A stretch of 64,000 nt of DNA from NCBI GenBank assembly GCA_030390025.1, contig CM059432.1, positions 56,298,001 to 56,362,000 of the forward strand, written 5' to 3'. The notes below the pieces were generated by a model, which was given only the letters and a program-made list of their open reading frames with translations, did no database searches and was not told the DNA's origin. The first letter of the stretch is position 1. Every line of letters starts with the position of its first letter. The position numbers were made by a program, and so were the translations under genes. Shown in pieces: positions 47,530 through 60,685 of the stretch. This stretch comes from Squalus acanthias. Lineage: Eukaryota.

Positions 47530-47929
47530 ATTGGGCTACAATGTCATTTAATATTTATCATAAAATTGATCTAACAAAAGAATAATATCCACATACTGCG
47601 TAGGAATCTTGAATATGTATGGTTTTTGTACTAATAATCCTTATTAGTTTTTGCTAGTGGCTGCTTTTTCTGCTGTTTTATATTGTAACATTGAAAAATA
47701 TAATTAATGTTATAGAATTCTTTTCAAACATCAACTTGGAAACTCAGTTCCCACAGAGCACCAACTAATATTCACTAGATTATTTCCTGCCACACTACAT
47801 AATTCTGTTTTTTAAATTGAGGTTTTAAAATAAACAATTCTACAAAGAACCATTTTATCCTTAGTTGGAAAGAAGACAACATGTTGAGTCAATAACTGTG
47901 TATGGCTTTACAAATGATGAGACTGACAG

Positions 47930-48365
47930 ACTTGGCAAGCCTAACACAACACAGGCTGTGATACTTAACCTGAACAGGTCATTGGTTTGTCTTTGTCTGG
48001 AGTGCGGTGTATGTAGTTCTGGTTGACATTACAGGAAGGCCATCATGGAAAAGGTGCAGCAAAGGGCTACAAGGAGACATGACAGGTGTCAAGTTTGCAC
48101 TAGAGAAGATTGAGGGAGGATCTTATTGAGATATTCAAGATCTTTTAAGGTATCAACAAGTTGAAACCTGAAAAGCTGTTTACCAAGGCCCTGGGATTGT
48201 TAAAGTTCGGGCTTACACTTCAGAAGATGAACTGACAAATCAAATATAACTACTTCATACACACAGTTGTGAATATTTGGAATGGACTGCCCAGAGAAGT
48301 GATTGAGGCTGAGAGCAACAGTAATTTTAAGAGGGAATTTCATTGGCATGTTTCTAAACATTAAG
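47930..48365 (+). mobile_element. Highly decayed CR1 3' fragment
   Basis: ctggagtgcggtgtatgtagttctgg, gagaagattgagggaggatcttattgag and gttgtgaatatttggaatggactgcc are remnants of the CR1 ORF2 C-terminus. Confidence 0.55.
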
Positions 48366-50728
48366 CATGTGGGTCTGAATTTATTATTTTACTAGTGGAT
48401 TTCCGTGACATTGCTCAGAGTAAGTCACAGGATACATGCTCTGTCTTAAATGTCTGTTGTCGTTGTGTTGCTGATTTGTTCATGATCTTACACTTTCTTC
48501 TATTCCTCTTTGTCTCTATCTCTTCTCTTTTCCCTTTTGGAAGGGGTGAGATCTGGTGGGTAGTGTGTTTTTTTCAGGCAGCAGTGACTGGAGAATGGGA
48601 CAGGTCAATCCTGGGGGCTGACTTATCAGGTAGTGGGTATGGGGCGCTAGCCAGTGGAGGGATGCAGTGAGGATGAGAAGCAATCATGCCAGGGGAAACA
48701 AAGCAGCAGGATAGGGCCATAGCCAAGTAACTTCTGGGATGACTGAAAAGTAAATACAGTACAAGTATATGAAAGATTTAAACTTATTCAGATTAAACCT
48801 AATACTCAAGTGTGATAGAACTAGAGATCTATGACCACCTTGAAAGCACAGGAAGTGTGTTCTACATAAGAAGCTTTTAGCATGTTACTAGTGGTTCGCC
48901 TATGGTTTTGCTCACAGTAAGTCAGAGGATGTTTTTTTTTTGACCTGTCTTTTTGTTCTTGTATTTTTTCTTGCGCGCTCTCTCTCTCTCCTCTTCTGCT
49001 TGTGTCTCTCTTTCACTTCTCAACTTTGCATTTCTGTTCTTGTTCTCTCTGCTTCTGTTTTCTTTCCTTTCAGATGGGAGGTGGAGGTTGGTGTGGCAGG
49101 GAAGGGGAGCTGCTGGGTCTAAAGGTTGCATTTTCTGTATGACTCAATCCTTGTTGCTTTTCCCATCCCCTCACTCCCATGTGCTTGTGCTGCTTCATAA
49201 ACCTACCAACACCCTCTCCAAACAAACCCCTTTCCTACCCACTACCCCTTTACTCCTATTGTATGCCTGATCCCATTTTCCTCGGCTCAATCCCCATACC
49301 TTATGGCTTTCCTCTTGCTCACCCTTCATCACCTACTCACTAACCTTCACTCATTTGCCTGTGGCCTCTCGATCCTCTGCTCTCACCATCTCTCACATTC
49401 CCAACCATCTTCCCCACTATAATCCATCTATTCTCCCCTCCTTTAAAGTTCCCCATTAACTACTATTCCCGTTCCCTTCCCCACCTTGCCTATTCCCTTA
49501 CCTGATCAGTCAACAACAACAACTTGTATTTATATAGCACCTTTAATGTAGTAAAACGTCCCAAGGCGCTTCATAGTAGCAATATTAAAATTTGACACAG
49601 AGCCATATATGCAGATATTAGGGCAGATGACGAGTTAGGTTTTAAGGAGTGTCTTGAAGGAGGAAAGAGGGGTGGAGAGGTTTAGGGAGGAAATTCCAGA
49701 GCTTAGGCCCTAGGCAGCTGAAGGCTTGGCCACCAATGGTGGAGCAATTAAAATCAGGGACGCTCAAGAGGCCAGAATTAGAGGAGCGTAGATATCTCTG
49801 ATGGTTGTGGGGCTGGAGGAGATTACAGAGATGGGGAGGGTGAGGCCACAGAGGTATTTGAAAACAAGGATGAGAATTTTAAAATCAAGACGTTGCTTAA
49901 CCGGGAACCACTGAAGGTCAGCGAGCACAGGGGTGATGGCTGAACGGGACTTGGTGCGAGTTAGGACATGGGCAGCGGAGTTTTACATGACCTCAAGTTT
50001 ACGGAGGATAGAACGTGGGAGGCTGGCCAGGAGTGCGTTGGAATAGTCAAGTCTAGAGGTAACATAGGCATGGATGAGGGTTTCAGCAGCAGATGAGCTG
50101 AGGTAGGGTCGGAGTCGGTCAATGCTCCGGAGGTGGAACTAGACGGTCTTCGTGATGGCACGGATATGTGGTCGGTAGCTCATTTTGGGGTCAAATATGA
50201 CACCAAGGTTGTGAACAGTCTGGCTCAGCCTCAGATGGATGCCATGGAGAGGGATATGGAGTCAGTGGCTAGGGAATGGAGTTTGTGGTGGGGACCGAAG
50301 ACAATGGCCTCCGTCTTCCCAATATTTAGTTGGAGGAAATTTATACTCATCCAGTACTGGATTAGAGACCGTGGAGGGGTCGAGAGACGTGGTGGTGAGG
50401 TAGAGCTGTGTGTCGTCAGCGTACATGTGGAAATTGATACCGTGTTTTTGCATGATGTCGCCAAAGGGCAGCATGCAGATGAGAAATAGGAAGGGGCCAA
50501 GGATAGATCCTTGGGGGACACCAGAGGCAACGGTGCGGGAGCAGGAAGAGAAGCCATTGCAGGTGATTCTCTGACTATGATTAGATAGATAAGAATGGAA
50601 CCAGGCGGGTGCAGTCCCACCCAGCTGGACGATGGTGTGGTTAACCATGTCAAAGGCTGCAGGTAAGTAGAGAAGGATGAGGAGGGATAGTTTACCTTTG
50701 GCACAGGCACATAAGGTGTAATTTGTGA

Positions 50729-52847
50729 AATAACAACAGAAAACGCTGGAAAAACTCAGCAGGCCAGGCAGCATCCGTGGCGAGAGAAACAGAGTTAACG
50801 TTTCAGGTCGAAAACCTTTCGTCAGAACTGGAAAAAAGCAGGAAATGAAATAGATATAAAGCAAGTATAAAGCTGGGAAAAGGGGGAGGGGATGAAAGAA
50901 CAAAAGGAGAGATTAAGGGGCATTGAGAGACATTAAGAGATAATCAAGGCAAACGGAGGTGTTAATGTGACAGGTTGAGGCTAAAGGAAGTGTGAAATGC
51001 ACTGGCAGAATGAAGGACAGCTGCCAGCTTCTGGGAGGGAAAAAAAAGGGGGGGCCAAACAAAAGGGTGGGTGAAAAAATAAACTTTAAATGTGATAGGG
51101 GCCGAGGTTATGATCTAAAATTGTTGAACTCGATGTTGAGTCCAGAAGGCCTAAACGAAAGATGAGGTGCTGTTCCTCGAGCTTACGCTGAGCTTCCGTG
51201 GAACAGTATAATAGGCCAAGGACGGTGAGGTCCGACTGGGAGTGGAGCGGAGAATTAAAGTGACAGGCCACCGGGAGCTCGGGGTCCCCCTTACGGACTG
51301 AACGGAGGTGTTCCGCAAAGCGGTCACCCAATCTGTGTTTGGTCTCGCCAATGTAGAGGAGACCACATCGTGAGCAGCGAATACAGTATACTGAATTGCA
51401 GGAAGTACAAGTAAATCGCTGTTTCACCTGGAAGGGGTGTTTGGGGGCCCTGGACAGTGGGAAGAGGGGAGGTATAAGGGCATGTGTTGCATCTCCTGCG
51501 CTTGCACGGGAAGGTGCCGGGCGAAGGGGAAGGGGTGCTGGGGGTGGTAGAGGAGTGGACCAGGGTGTCGCGGAGGGAGCGGGCCCTGCGGAATGCTGAA
51601 AGGGGAGGTGAGGGGAAGATGCGTTTGGTGGTGGGATCACGCTGGAGGTGGCGGAAATGGCGGAGGATGATCCGTTGAATGTGGAGGCTGGTGGGGTGAA
51701 AGGTGAGGACAAGGGGAACTCTATTGTGCTTCCGGGAGGGAGGGGCAGGGGTGAGGGCAGAAGTGCGGGAGATAGAACGGACACGGTCGAGAGCTGTGTC
51801 AACCACAGTAGAGGGGAATCCTCGGTTGAGGAAAAAGGAAGACATGTCGGAAGCACTGGTATGGAAGGTGGCATCGTCAGAGCAGATGCGGCGGAGATGG
51901 AGAAACTGGGAGAATGGAATAGAGTCCTTACAGGAGGCGGGGTGGGAGGAAGTGTAGTCCAGGTAGCTGTGGGAGTCAGTGGGCTTGTAGTGAATGTTCG
52001 TCAATAACCTATCCCCAGAGATGGAGATGGAGAAGTCGAGGAAGGGGAGGGAAGAGTCGGAGATGGACCATGTGAAGGTGAGGGAAGGGTGGAAATTGGA
52101 AGCATAGTGAATGAAATGTTCTAGTTCAGGTTGAGAGCAGGAGACTGCACCGATACAGTCATCAATGTACCGGAAAAAGAGGGAGGGGACCTGGGTAGGA
52201 CTGGAACAAAAAGTGTTCCACATATCCCACGAGAAGGCAGGCATAGCTAGGACCCATGCGGGTACCCATAGCAACACCTTTGATTTGGAGGAAATGGGTG
52301 GAGTCAAAGGAGAAGTTGTTCAATGTGAGAACAAGTTCAGCCAGGCGGAGGAGGGTGGTGGTGGATGGGGACTGGTTGGGCCTCTGTTCAAGGAAGAAGC
52401 AGAGCGCCCTCAGGCCATTCTGGTGGGGAATGGAGGTGCAGAGGGATTGTATGTCCATAGTGAAAAGGAGGCGGTTGGGGCCGGGAAACTGGAAACTGTT
52501 AAAGTGGCGGATGGCGTCGGAAGAGTCGCGGATGTAGGTGGGAAGAGACTGGACAAGGGGAGAAAAAATAGAGTCGAGGTAGGAAGAGATAAGTTCTGTG
52601 GGGCAAGAACAGGCTGAAACGATGGGTCTACCGGGGCAGTCCTGATTGTGGATCTTGGGAAGGAGGTAGAAGTGCGGGGTTGGGGAACTATGAGGTTGGC
52701 GGCCGTGGGGGGAAGGTCTCCAGAGGAGATGAGGTCAGTGACGGTCTTGGAAATGGTGGCTTGATGTTCGGTAGTGGGGTCATGGTCCAGGTGGAATTAG
52801 GAGGAGGTGTTGGAGAGTTGGCGTTCAGCTTCCGCTAGGTAGAGGTC
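50729..52847 (-). mobile_element. Penelope-like retroelement (RT + GIY-YIG + pLTR), 5'-truncated, 11-bp TSD
   Basis: MDIQSLCTSIPH, QIKGVAMGTRMGPSYA, RYIDD, GIY-YIG; frameshifted. TSD GTAATTTGTGA at 50718-50728 and 52848-52858. Confidence 0.93.
50793..50830 (-). ncRNA. Minimal type I hammerhead ribozyme motif in Penelope pLTR
   Basis: CAGUU-CUGACGA-A-AGGUUUUCGACCU-GAAA-CGUU-AACU; differs from the 30.6 kb copy by one stem II C>U that still pairs as U-G. Confidence 0.78.
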
Positions 52848-54584
52848 GTAATTTGTGACTTTGATAAGAGCCGTTTCGGTACTGTCGCCGGGGTGGAAAC
52901 CTGATTGGAGGGATTCAAACATGGAGTTCCGGGAAAGATGGACACAGATTTGGGAGGCGATGTTCAAGGACTTTGGAGAGGAAAGGGAGGTTGGAGTTGG
53001 GGCAGTAGTTTGCAAGGACGGAGGGGGTCAGAGGTTGTTTTTTTTTTGAGGAGAGGGGTGATGACGGCAGATTTGAAGGAGAGGGGGACAGCACCCGAGG
53101 AGAGAGAACAGTTAACAATATCGGCTAACATGGGAGCCATAGAAGGAAGTTGCGTGGTCAGCAGTTTAGTGGAATAGGGTTGAGTGAGCAGGAACTGGGT
53201 CTCGTGGACAAGTTGAGCACGGAACGGACATGAGGGGAGATCGGAGAGAAACTGGAGAAAGATGCGAGTTCAGGGCTAGGGCAGAGGGGAACTTTGGGGG
53301 AAGTTTGGCCAGGTGGGCTAGGGGAAGGGATGGAAGTGGCAGAGGCAGCTGATCAGATGGTCTCAATCTTAATGACAAAGAAGTCCATGAGCTCCTCGCA
53401 CTTGTTGGAGGTGAGGATGGAGGAGACAGGGGAGAGGGGTTTAAGATGATGGTTTTCAGCGTTCCAGAATGATCCTAGAATAGTGAGCAGTTTTGGCAGA
53501 CGAGAGCAGGACCCGATAGTACTTTATGTGGTCCAGCCAGATCTGGCGGTGAATGGCTAAACCAGTTGTCGCCATATCCATTCAAGTCTGCGTCCCTTGC
53601 ACTTAAGGGAGCGGAGATGAGGGCCGTACCAGGGGCAACGGCCAAGGGTGAGAGAGAGGGTAATAGTTTTAATGGGGACTAGGGCATTTAAGGTGGTGGT
53701 GAGGGTGTGGTTGAGCAGATCAGTCACTGCAGAAATGTCATGGCGAATGGAGGGTCAGAGGCTCGACTGTTGGGATTTTGAAAGTGCAGTTGTAAGTGAA
53801 TTGGGAGAGAGTGTTTTTTGCAGGGGTCCCATCCCTTCTGCTCCACAAACCTAATGCAAAATCTCTATTGCCTGTCTTTCCACCTCCTTTCCCACTAGGT
53901 TCCCCGATAGCCTCTTTGTCCGTTTCCTGGCACTGAAATAAGTCTTAGATCTATAGTGTGGCCTCCTTGTGTTGTTTTTTTATGCTGGGAAAACATACCT
54001 TGTAGAAGTTCTTATTGCTAAGAATGGGAATGTGATGCCTTGTAAGTATCTAAATTCCAAATAGGTTTCAAATCCAGTTCACAAGTTTTAAATATTAAAA
54101 ATATAATTTGTACATGGAGAAAAAACTTATCTGGGAAGAATAGCACATTTCAGAGGCCAGATAAGATGTATAAAATGTTTGACCTTTGTTTTCAGTTTAT
54201 TTGGTTTTGTAAATCTTCAGTTGTGTTGCTGTTTATTTTATTCGTTTTGTGTATAATTGCTTCAATACCGGTTACAGCCATATCACGAGACTGAGAAAAA
54301 AAAATCCTGCTCTCGATAATGTGATAATTACCACTTGGCAGTAGTTCCATTGGTTTCAAATAAGTCAATTTAAGAAAAAAAAAGAAATGCTTACAGACAT
54401 GGAAACTCGGGTTGGTTTTGTATACCGAGTAAAATTAAAAATTTCAGGCCATTGAGACAATTGCTGAAATGTTGGTGTATGAATCAGAAATTTTCATATT
54501 TTATTCCAAAGAATTTAAAATGCACTCAGATATGATAAACTTGGACTTTCTGAATTTTCCTTCTTTTTGCTACAGTTTTTCTTA

Positions 54585-57462
54585 AAGGCTCGGTGTAGAA
54601 GCTTTTGAATTAAATGCACGTAGTATTCGCAACAAGATGGATGAATTAATGGCGCTAATAGAAGTAAATGGGTATGATGTAATTGCCATTACAGAGACAT
54701 GGTTGCAGGGTAACCAAAGCTGGGAACTGAATGTTCCAGGGTACTCAACATTTAGGAAGGACAGACAAAAAGGAAAAGGCGGTGGCGTCGCGCTGTTAAT
54801 AAGGGATGAGATCGGTACGGTAGAGATGAAAGATCTTAGCTTGGCAGATCGTGATGTAGAACTGGAATCAGTTTGGGTGGAGCTAAGAAACAGCAAAGGG
54901 TGGAAAACATTGGTGGGAGTTGTGTATAGGCCACCAAACAGTAGTGGTAATGTAGGGCACAGTATCAATCAAGAGATTAGAAGTGCATGTAACAAGGGTA
55001 ATACGGTAATCATGGGGGACTTCAATCTACATATTGACTGGGCAAATCAAATTACCACTAATGGTGTGGCGGATGAATTCTTGGAATGCATGCGAGATGG
55101 TTTCCTGGATCAGTTTGTGGAGGAACCAACCAGGGAACAGGCTATTCTGGATCTGGTACTGTGTAATGAGAAAGGGTTAATCAATAATCTTGTGGTAAAG
55201 GGGCCTTTAGGGACAAGTGACCATAATATGATTGAATTTTACATTAAGTTTGAGAGTGATGTAGTCCAACCTGAAACTAAGGTCTTCAATCTAAACAAAG
55301 GAAACTACAAGGATATGAGGAACAAGTTGGCCATGGTAGATTGGGAGACTACACTAAAAGGTATGAAGGTGGACATTCAATGGCTAACATTCAAGGAAAT
55401 AATGCATAATTTGCAACAAACATATATTCCTCTAGGGCATAAAAACCCAAAAGGAAAAGTGATCCAACCATGGCTAACAAAAGAAATTAAAGCTAATATT
55501 AAGTCAAAGGAGGAAGCTTCTAAAGTTGCCAGAAAAAGCAGTCAGCTTGAGGATTGGGATCTTTTTAGAAACCAGCAAAGGGGGACCAAGAAATTGATAA
55601 GGAAAGGGAAAATGGAATATGAGCACAAACTAGAGAAAAATATAAAAATGGATTGTAAAAGCTTCGATAGGTATGTGAAAAGGAAAAGACTGGCGAATGT
55701 AAATGTAGGTCCTTTACAGTCAGAGACGGGAGAATTTATAATGGGGAATGAGGAAATGGCAGAGAAATTAAATAAATACTTTGTTTCTGTCTTCACGGAG
55801 GAAGACACAAAAACCTCCCAGAAATATGAGAAAACCAAGGGTGTGGGGAGCATGAGGAACTTAAAGAAATTATTATTAGTGAAAAAACAGTACTCACAAA
55901 ATTAATGGGACTAAAAGTCGATAAATCCGAAGGCGCGGATGACCTACATCCTAGCGTTTTGAAAGAGGTGACCATTGGGATAGTGGACGCATTGGTTGTC
56001 ATCTTCCAAAATTCTATAGATTCTGGAATGGTTCCTGCAGATTGGAGGATAGCAAATGTAACCCTGCTATTTAAGAAAGGAGAGCGAGAGAAAACGGGGA
56101 ACTACAGACCTGTTAGCCTCACATCAGTAGTTGGGAAAATGCAGGAATCTATTATAAAGGATGCAATAACTGGGCACTTAGAAACTAATAGTAAGATTGG
56201 GCAGAGTCAACATGGATTTATGAAAGGGAAATCCTGTTTAACAAACCTATTGGAGTTCTTTGAGGATGTAAGTAGTGAAGTAGACAAAGGGGAACCGGTA
56301 GATGTAGTGCATTTGGATTTTCAGAAGGCCTTCGATAAGGTCCCACACAAGAGGTTGGTGAACAAAATTAGGGCACATGGAATTGGGGGTAATATACTAG
56401 CATGGATTGAGAATTGGTTAACAGACAGAAAACAAAGAGTAGTGATAAACTGGTCTTTTTCAGGATGGCAGGCTGTGACTAGTGGGGTACCGCAAGGATC
56501 GGTGCTTGGGCCCCAGTTATTCACAATCTATATCAATGATTTGGATGAGGGGACTAAATGTAACATTTCCAAATTTGCTGATACAAAGCTAGGTGGCAGT
56601 GTCAGTTGTGAAGAGGATGTGAAGAGGCTTCAAGGGGATCACGACAGGCTCAGTGAGTGGGCGAGAACATGGTAGATGGAATATAATGTGGATAAATGTA
56701 AAGTTATTCACTTTGGTAGAAAAAACAGAAAGGCAGAGTATTTCCTAAATGCTGAAAGATTGTCCTTGTACATGAGTCACTGAAAGTGAATGTGCAGGTC
56801 CAGCAAGCCATTAGGAAGGTAGATGGTATGCTGGCCTTCATTACAAGAGGATTTGAGTACAGGAGTAAAGAAGTCTTACTCCAATTATATCGGGCCTTGG
56901 TGAGACCACACCTGGAGTACTGTGTACAATTTTGGTCTCCTTACCTAAGGAAGGATATACTTGCCATAGAGGGAGTGCAACGAAGGTTCACGAGATTGGT
57001 TCCTGGGATGGTGGGACTGTCGTATGAGAAGAGATTGAGTAAACTAGGCCTGTATTCTCTTGAATTCAGAAGAATGAGAGGGGATCTTATTGAAGCATAC
57101 AAAATTATTACAGGGCTTGATAGGGTGGATGCTGGGAGAATGTTTCGCTTGTCTGGTGAGTCTAGAACCAGGGGCCGCAGCCTCAAGATAAAGGGTAGGC
57201 CATTCAGGACTGAGATGAGAAGAAATTTCTTCACACACGGTGGTCAATCTTTGGAATTCTCTACCCCAGAGGGCTGTGGAGGCCAGTCATTGGGTATATT
57301 CAAAACAGAAGTCGATAGATTTCTGACTAGTAAGGGCATCAAGGGATATGGCGATAAGGGCCGGTGAATGGAGTTGAGGCAGAAGGTCAGCCATCATCTC
57401 ATTGAATGGAGGAGCAGGCTTGAAGGGCTGAATGGCCTACTCCTGCTCCTATTTCGTATGTT
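54585..57462 (+). mobile_element. CR1 LINE with nearly complete ORF2 (APE + RT), frameshifted
   Basis: LNARSIRNK, IAITETW, GGGVALL, YRPP, GDFN, SDHN (APE); RT motifs in 55905..56675 and 56786..57367; CR1 3' UTR. Confidence 0.95.
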
Positions 57463-57723
57463 AACAAGCTAGTAATGAAGTATTGGATTTAAACAATACC
57501 AGTTAAGTGCCAAAGTGATGAAGTACAATATTTATTTTCGATGTGATTTTTCCTGAAGTAATGCATAAATATTACATCAATCAATCAGGGTTGTCACAGC
57601 AACATTTTTGGAGTTTAATTTCTAAGCTTCTGTCACATTAAATATTTGGTTAGTCATATAGTTCTGGAATTGATTAAATCCTCCTCATGTTGATAACTGA
57701 TCTTTTATTTTCTGTCCCAACAG

Positions 57724-57809
57724 ATTTCCAGTGGGTGCAGGGAGATGTGTGTGAAGTTCAGCTGATGGTCTATAATCCTATGCCTTTTGAACTGAGAGTA
57801 GAAAATATG
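57724..57809 (+). CDS. TRAPPC9: TRAPPC9 internal coding exon, 86 nt, phase 1-0
   Basis: ttttctgtcccaacag|AT TTC ... AAT ATG|gtttgt; (D)FQWVQGDVCEVQLMVYNPMPFELRVENM. Confidence 0.96.
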
Positions 57810-57969
57810 GTTTGTATTGCATTTTCCATACATTGTCAATTTATTAAGTCTGATTTTAGGATTTCTGCAATAACAGGGTATACGTCCATTTTTCTTGCTT
57901 TTTTGGTCATAATTTCTGATAAAGCATGTAAATTTGTATTAGAAATTAGTAGCGGAGATGCATAGAATA

Positions 57970-58195
57970 GGGGCTAACTGATGTTAGTTGGGGCTGTAGG
58001 GGTGTTACTATTGGCCCTAGTGCCTCTGGCTGGGAGTGGAAAATAAGTTAGTTGCTCTTTATATAATCCATTGACCCCTAATGGAAAATGCGGATGTTGG
58101 ATGAAAGGTGTCAGTTTCGGTTGTGTGGTCTTCCCTGGTCTAATAGCCTGCAGAGACTTTCTATCTAGGTTTATACATGATGAATGAACACTGCT
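57970..58195 (+). mobile_element. Old SINE body resembling AmnSINE2 (tentative), second copy
   Basis: gctaactgatgttag..ctattggccctagtgcctctggctgggag..atccattgacccct..taatagcctgc..tctaggtttatacatgatgaatg. Confidence 0.45.
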
Positions 58196-59899
58196 TGTAG
58201 AACAGCAGGATTTATATCACTGAGATTGCAACAAGTTCCTAATTGTTGCTGCATCATTCTTGGTGGTACAAACATTTCCTCATAGGGAATGAGTGATGAC
58301 TACAACATGCTAAAAAAAATGAGGGCTACTTTTGCGTACCTCTTCGTCGGTCAAATTCAAAGTGACATTGAAAATATCCTGAAAAAAATTGCTGCTCCCT
58401 CCCCTTTTCTTAGATGCAGAATGCATGGAATGGAGAGAGACTGAAAGATGGGAAAGGCTGGAAACAAATTTGGTAGTATCATCACAGAAATTTTTCTGAG
58501 CAGGACAGTGAAATATATTTTATATAACTGTCCTGCAAAGACAAATTTCTCTATTTTACCATGTTCTGATTTTCCAGTTTTCTTTTTGAAGTGTACAGGT
58601 GGCACTGACGAGATGCATGCAAGTCAATGCATGATGTCATAAGTTGGATTTTCCATCATGTCCATCCATTTAATGGTATTTTATTCAGCTGTCGATATAA
58701 ATTGTACATTCATTGTTGTTGGGTGCTGGGATGCAAACATAAATCAGTTTTAAAAGGCCAGTAGTGACAGTGAAGCTGTCAGCTGAATCTTTTTTTATTA
58801 TTCATTGCTCGTTGCCACTGAAGTCTTCCAAGAACCTTTGTGGTAATTGCTGTGTTAGTACCTTTTTTCTACTCTTTCTGCCATTGTACAACAATGGGTT
58901 TTCCACTGTGCATTCCCCAATATTTTGAAAGAAGAGGAGGATCATGAGAGGGATCCAGACAGATCCGGCTGTACCTGACATGCTCTGCAACCACTCATCG
59001 GTAAATCCTCAACAGAATGTACAGGTAGAGGCACACATACTTTTATTTGCCCAAGGAGCAGTGTCTGTGGATTCACCAAGAATGTTGTCATGGAATTATG
59101 CCACCAACTGGAAGCAGACCTGCAGCCAAGCTGTACTTTTAGCACATCACTGCCAATGGCTGTTGCCCTTTCTTCGCCTATCATCTTACCTTATCCTTTA
59201 GAAACTGCATGAGTTATCTTGTATGCTTAATGAGCATTTTCTGTGTCACATGGCAAAGTAAATGCTTCATTAGTTTTATGGCCTGATAATGAGAATCAAA
59301 TACAAAGTTAAGTCATTTTTATAAATCTTGTGATTTTTGTTTGGTTTACTTGCCTGATTTTAGGAAACTGGACATATGGGCATTTCCCGTCATATTTTGG
59401 AAAGCAATCCAAGTCTGAGAGCATATGCTAGAGAATGGTCAAAATCTGATGAGGGATTTGTAAATTATTGATTTAATAATTTATTGTTCAAGAATAAATG
59501 GAAGTGACCATAATATGAATTTCAATCTGCACGCAAAAACCTAAGTGTAGCATCATGTAGGCTAGAATTTAATTAAGGATGTGATGCAACTGTTTTGGTT
59601 TGTTGGTATAAATATGTATCCTTTTTTATGTTGAACAAAATTAATGCCTTTTCACATTTATAAAGTGGAAAATGATTTCCACTTGCTTACATTTAACAGT
59701 ATGAAACTTTAAATTTTGCATCTCAAGTGGTTTTACTCTGATTCTGCAACTCCAACTAGTGGTGTGTGAATTCTGTTTTGTGCATTGTTCATCAATGAAC
59801 ACTGTCACTTCAATAGCTTTCTAAAATATTCTTAAACAGCAGAGCTGGTAATTGTCATTGTATACCCTATGGTGCTCCTGCATACACTTGTCACTGAAA

Positions 59900-60680
59900 T
59901 AAGTATAGATGAGGGAGGCCATTTGGCCCATCTAGCACATTCTTCTGCAGAAATTTATGATCTTATCACTCTCTAACTGTCCCTTGAATGACTGATTCCA
60001 GAGATTTTTCTCTCACTATCTTACTGGTGGTAATCACTGTGTGTGAAGGAGTGCTTCCTGACATCAGACCTAGCTTGCCTTTTACCAGTTTGCACCAAAG
60101 TCCTGCAGTTGTGATGTAACCAAGTGCTTAGGTTTAGCCGTTCCTATTCTATTTAGTATCTTATACTGCCCTCTCATTTACCAGTTTTCAAGATTGAAGA
60201 GTCCATTTTTTACTAGCCTTTCCTTGTAATTCAGACCTCTAACCTATGGATCAGCTTGATACCTCTTCTCTGCAATGTTTCCAGGGATTGAATGTATCCC
60301 TTGCACTTCTGACTAGAACTGATACATATTTCAAGGTGTGGCCTAAACAGAATTCAATCTTCAGCACAAAGACCTCAGACTTGCATTCTATTGATTTGGC
60401 ACCAGAGCTCAACATTTGGTTTGCTTCGTTAATTGCAACTCAGCAATGATTAGATGTGGTCAGTGTTGAATCTTTCGTTGCCAGAGTCTTTCCCCTAGAT
60501 AGTTTGACACCATTAACTACTTGCTCAATTTTTTTGTCAATGTGCAGGATTTGTACTTACTAATACTGAATTTTATCAATCACTTGCAAATGTTGTCCGA
60601 GTTCTGTTATTCCTTCGCTGCTTCGTTAGATTCTACCCTCCCCAAGTTGAGTATCGTTGCCAAATTTGACCAACTTATTG
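59900..60680 (-). mobile_element. Decayed CR1 RT/3' fragment
   Basis: NKLVKFGNDTQLG (degenerate KFADDTKLG); CR1-like 3' end gaggccatttggcccatctag. Confidence 0.6.
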
Positions 60681-60685
60681 TGAGA

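Larger units (their letters stand above)
49511..53830 (-). mobile_element. L2 LINE split by a Penelope insertion
   Basis: L2 tail at 49511-49575; GVPQGSILGP and YADDTQLY at 50.4-50.5 kb; LQSGF..STETALIKVTN continues beyond 52848. Confidence 0.88.

Noticed and set aside
48922..49500. Hydrophobic/basic ORFs and CT-rich stretch as a membrane protein exon
   Set aside because: Low-complexity pyrimidine-rich sequence with no recognisable homology; the flanking TRAPPC9 exons already join contiguously (..SKKI-DFQW..).
55903..55907. TAATG stop-start overlap suggesting coupled translation of two ORFs
   Set aside because: Both ORFs are parts of one CR1 ORF2 broken by a frameshift near 55810 (EDTKTSQK versus EDTKNIP in the 36.3 kb copy); the overlap is coincidental.
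57687..57965. 92-aa ORF as a standalone gene
   Set aside because: Only 57724-57809 is TRAPPC9 exon; the flanks are intron read-through.
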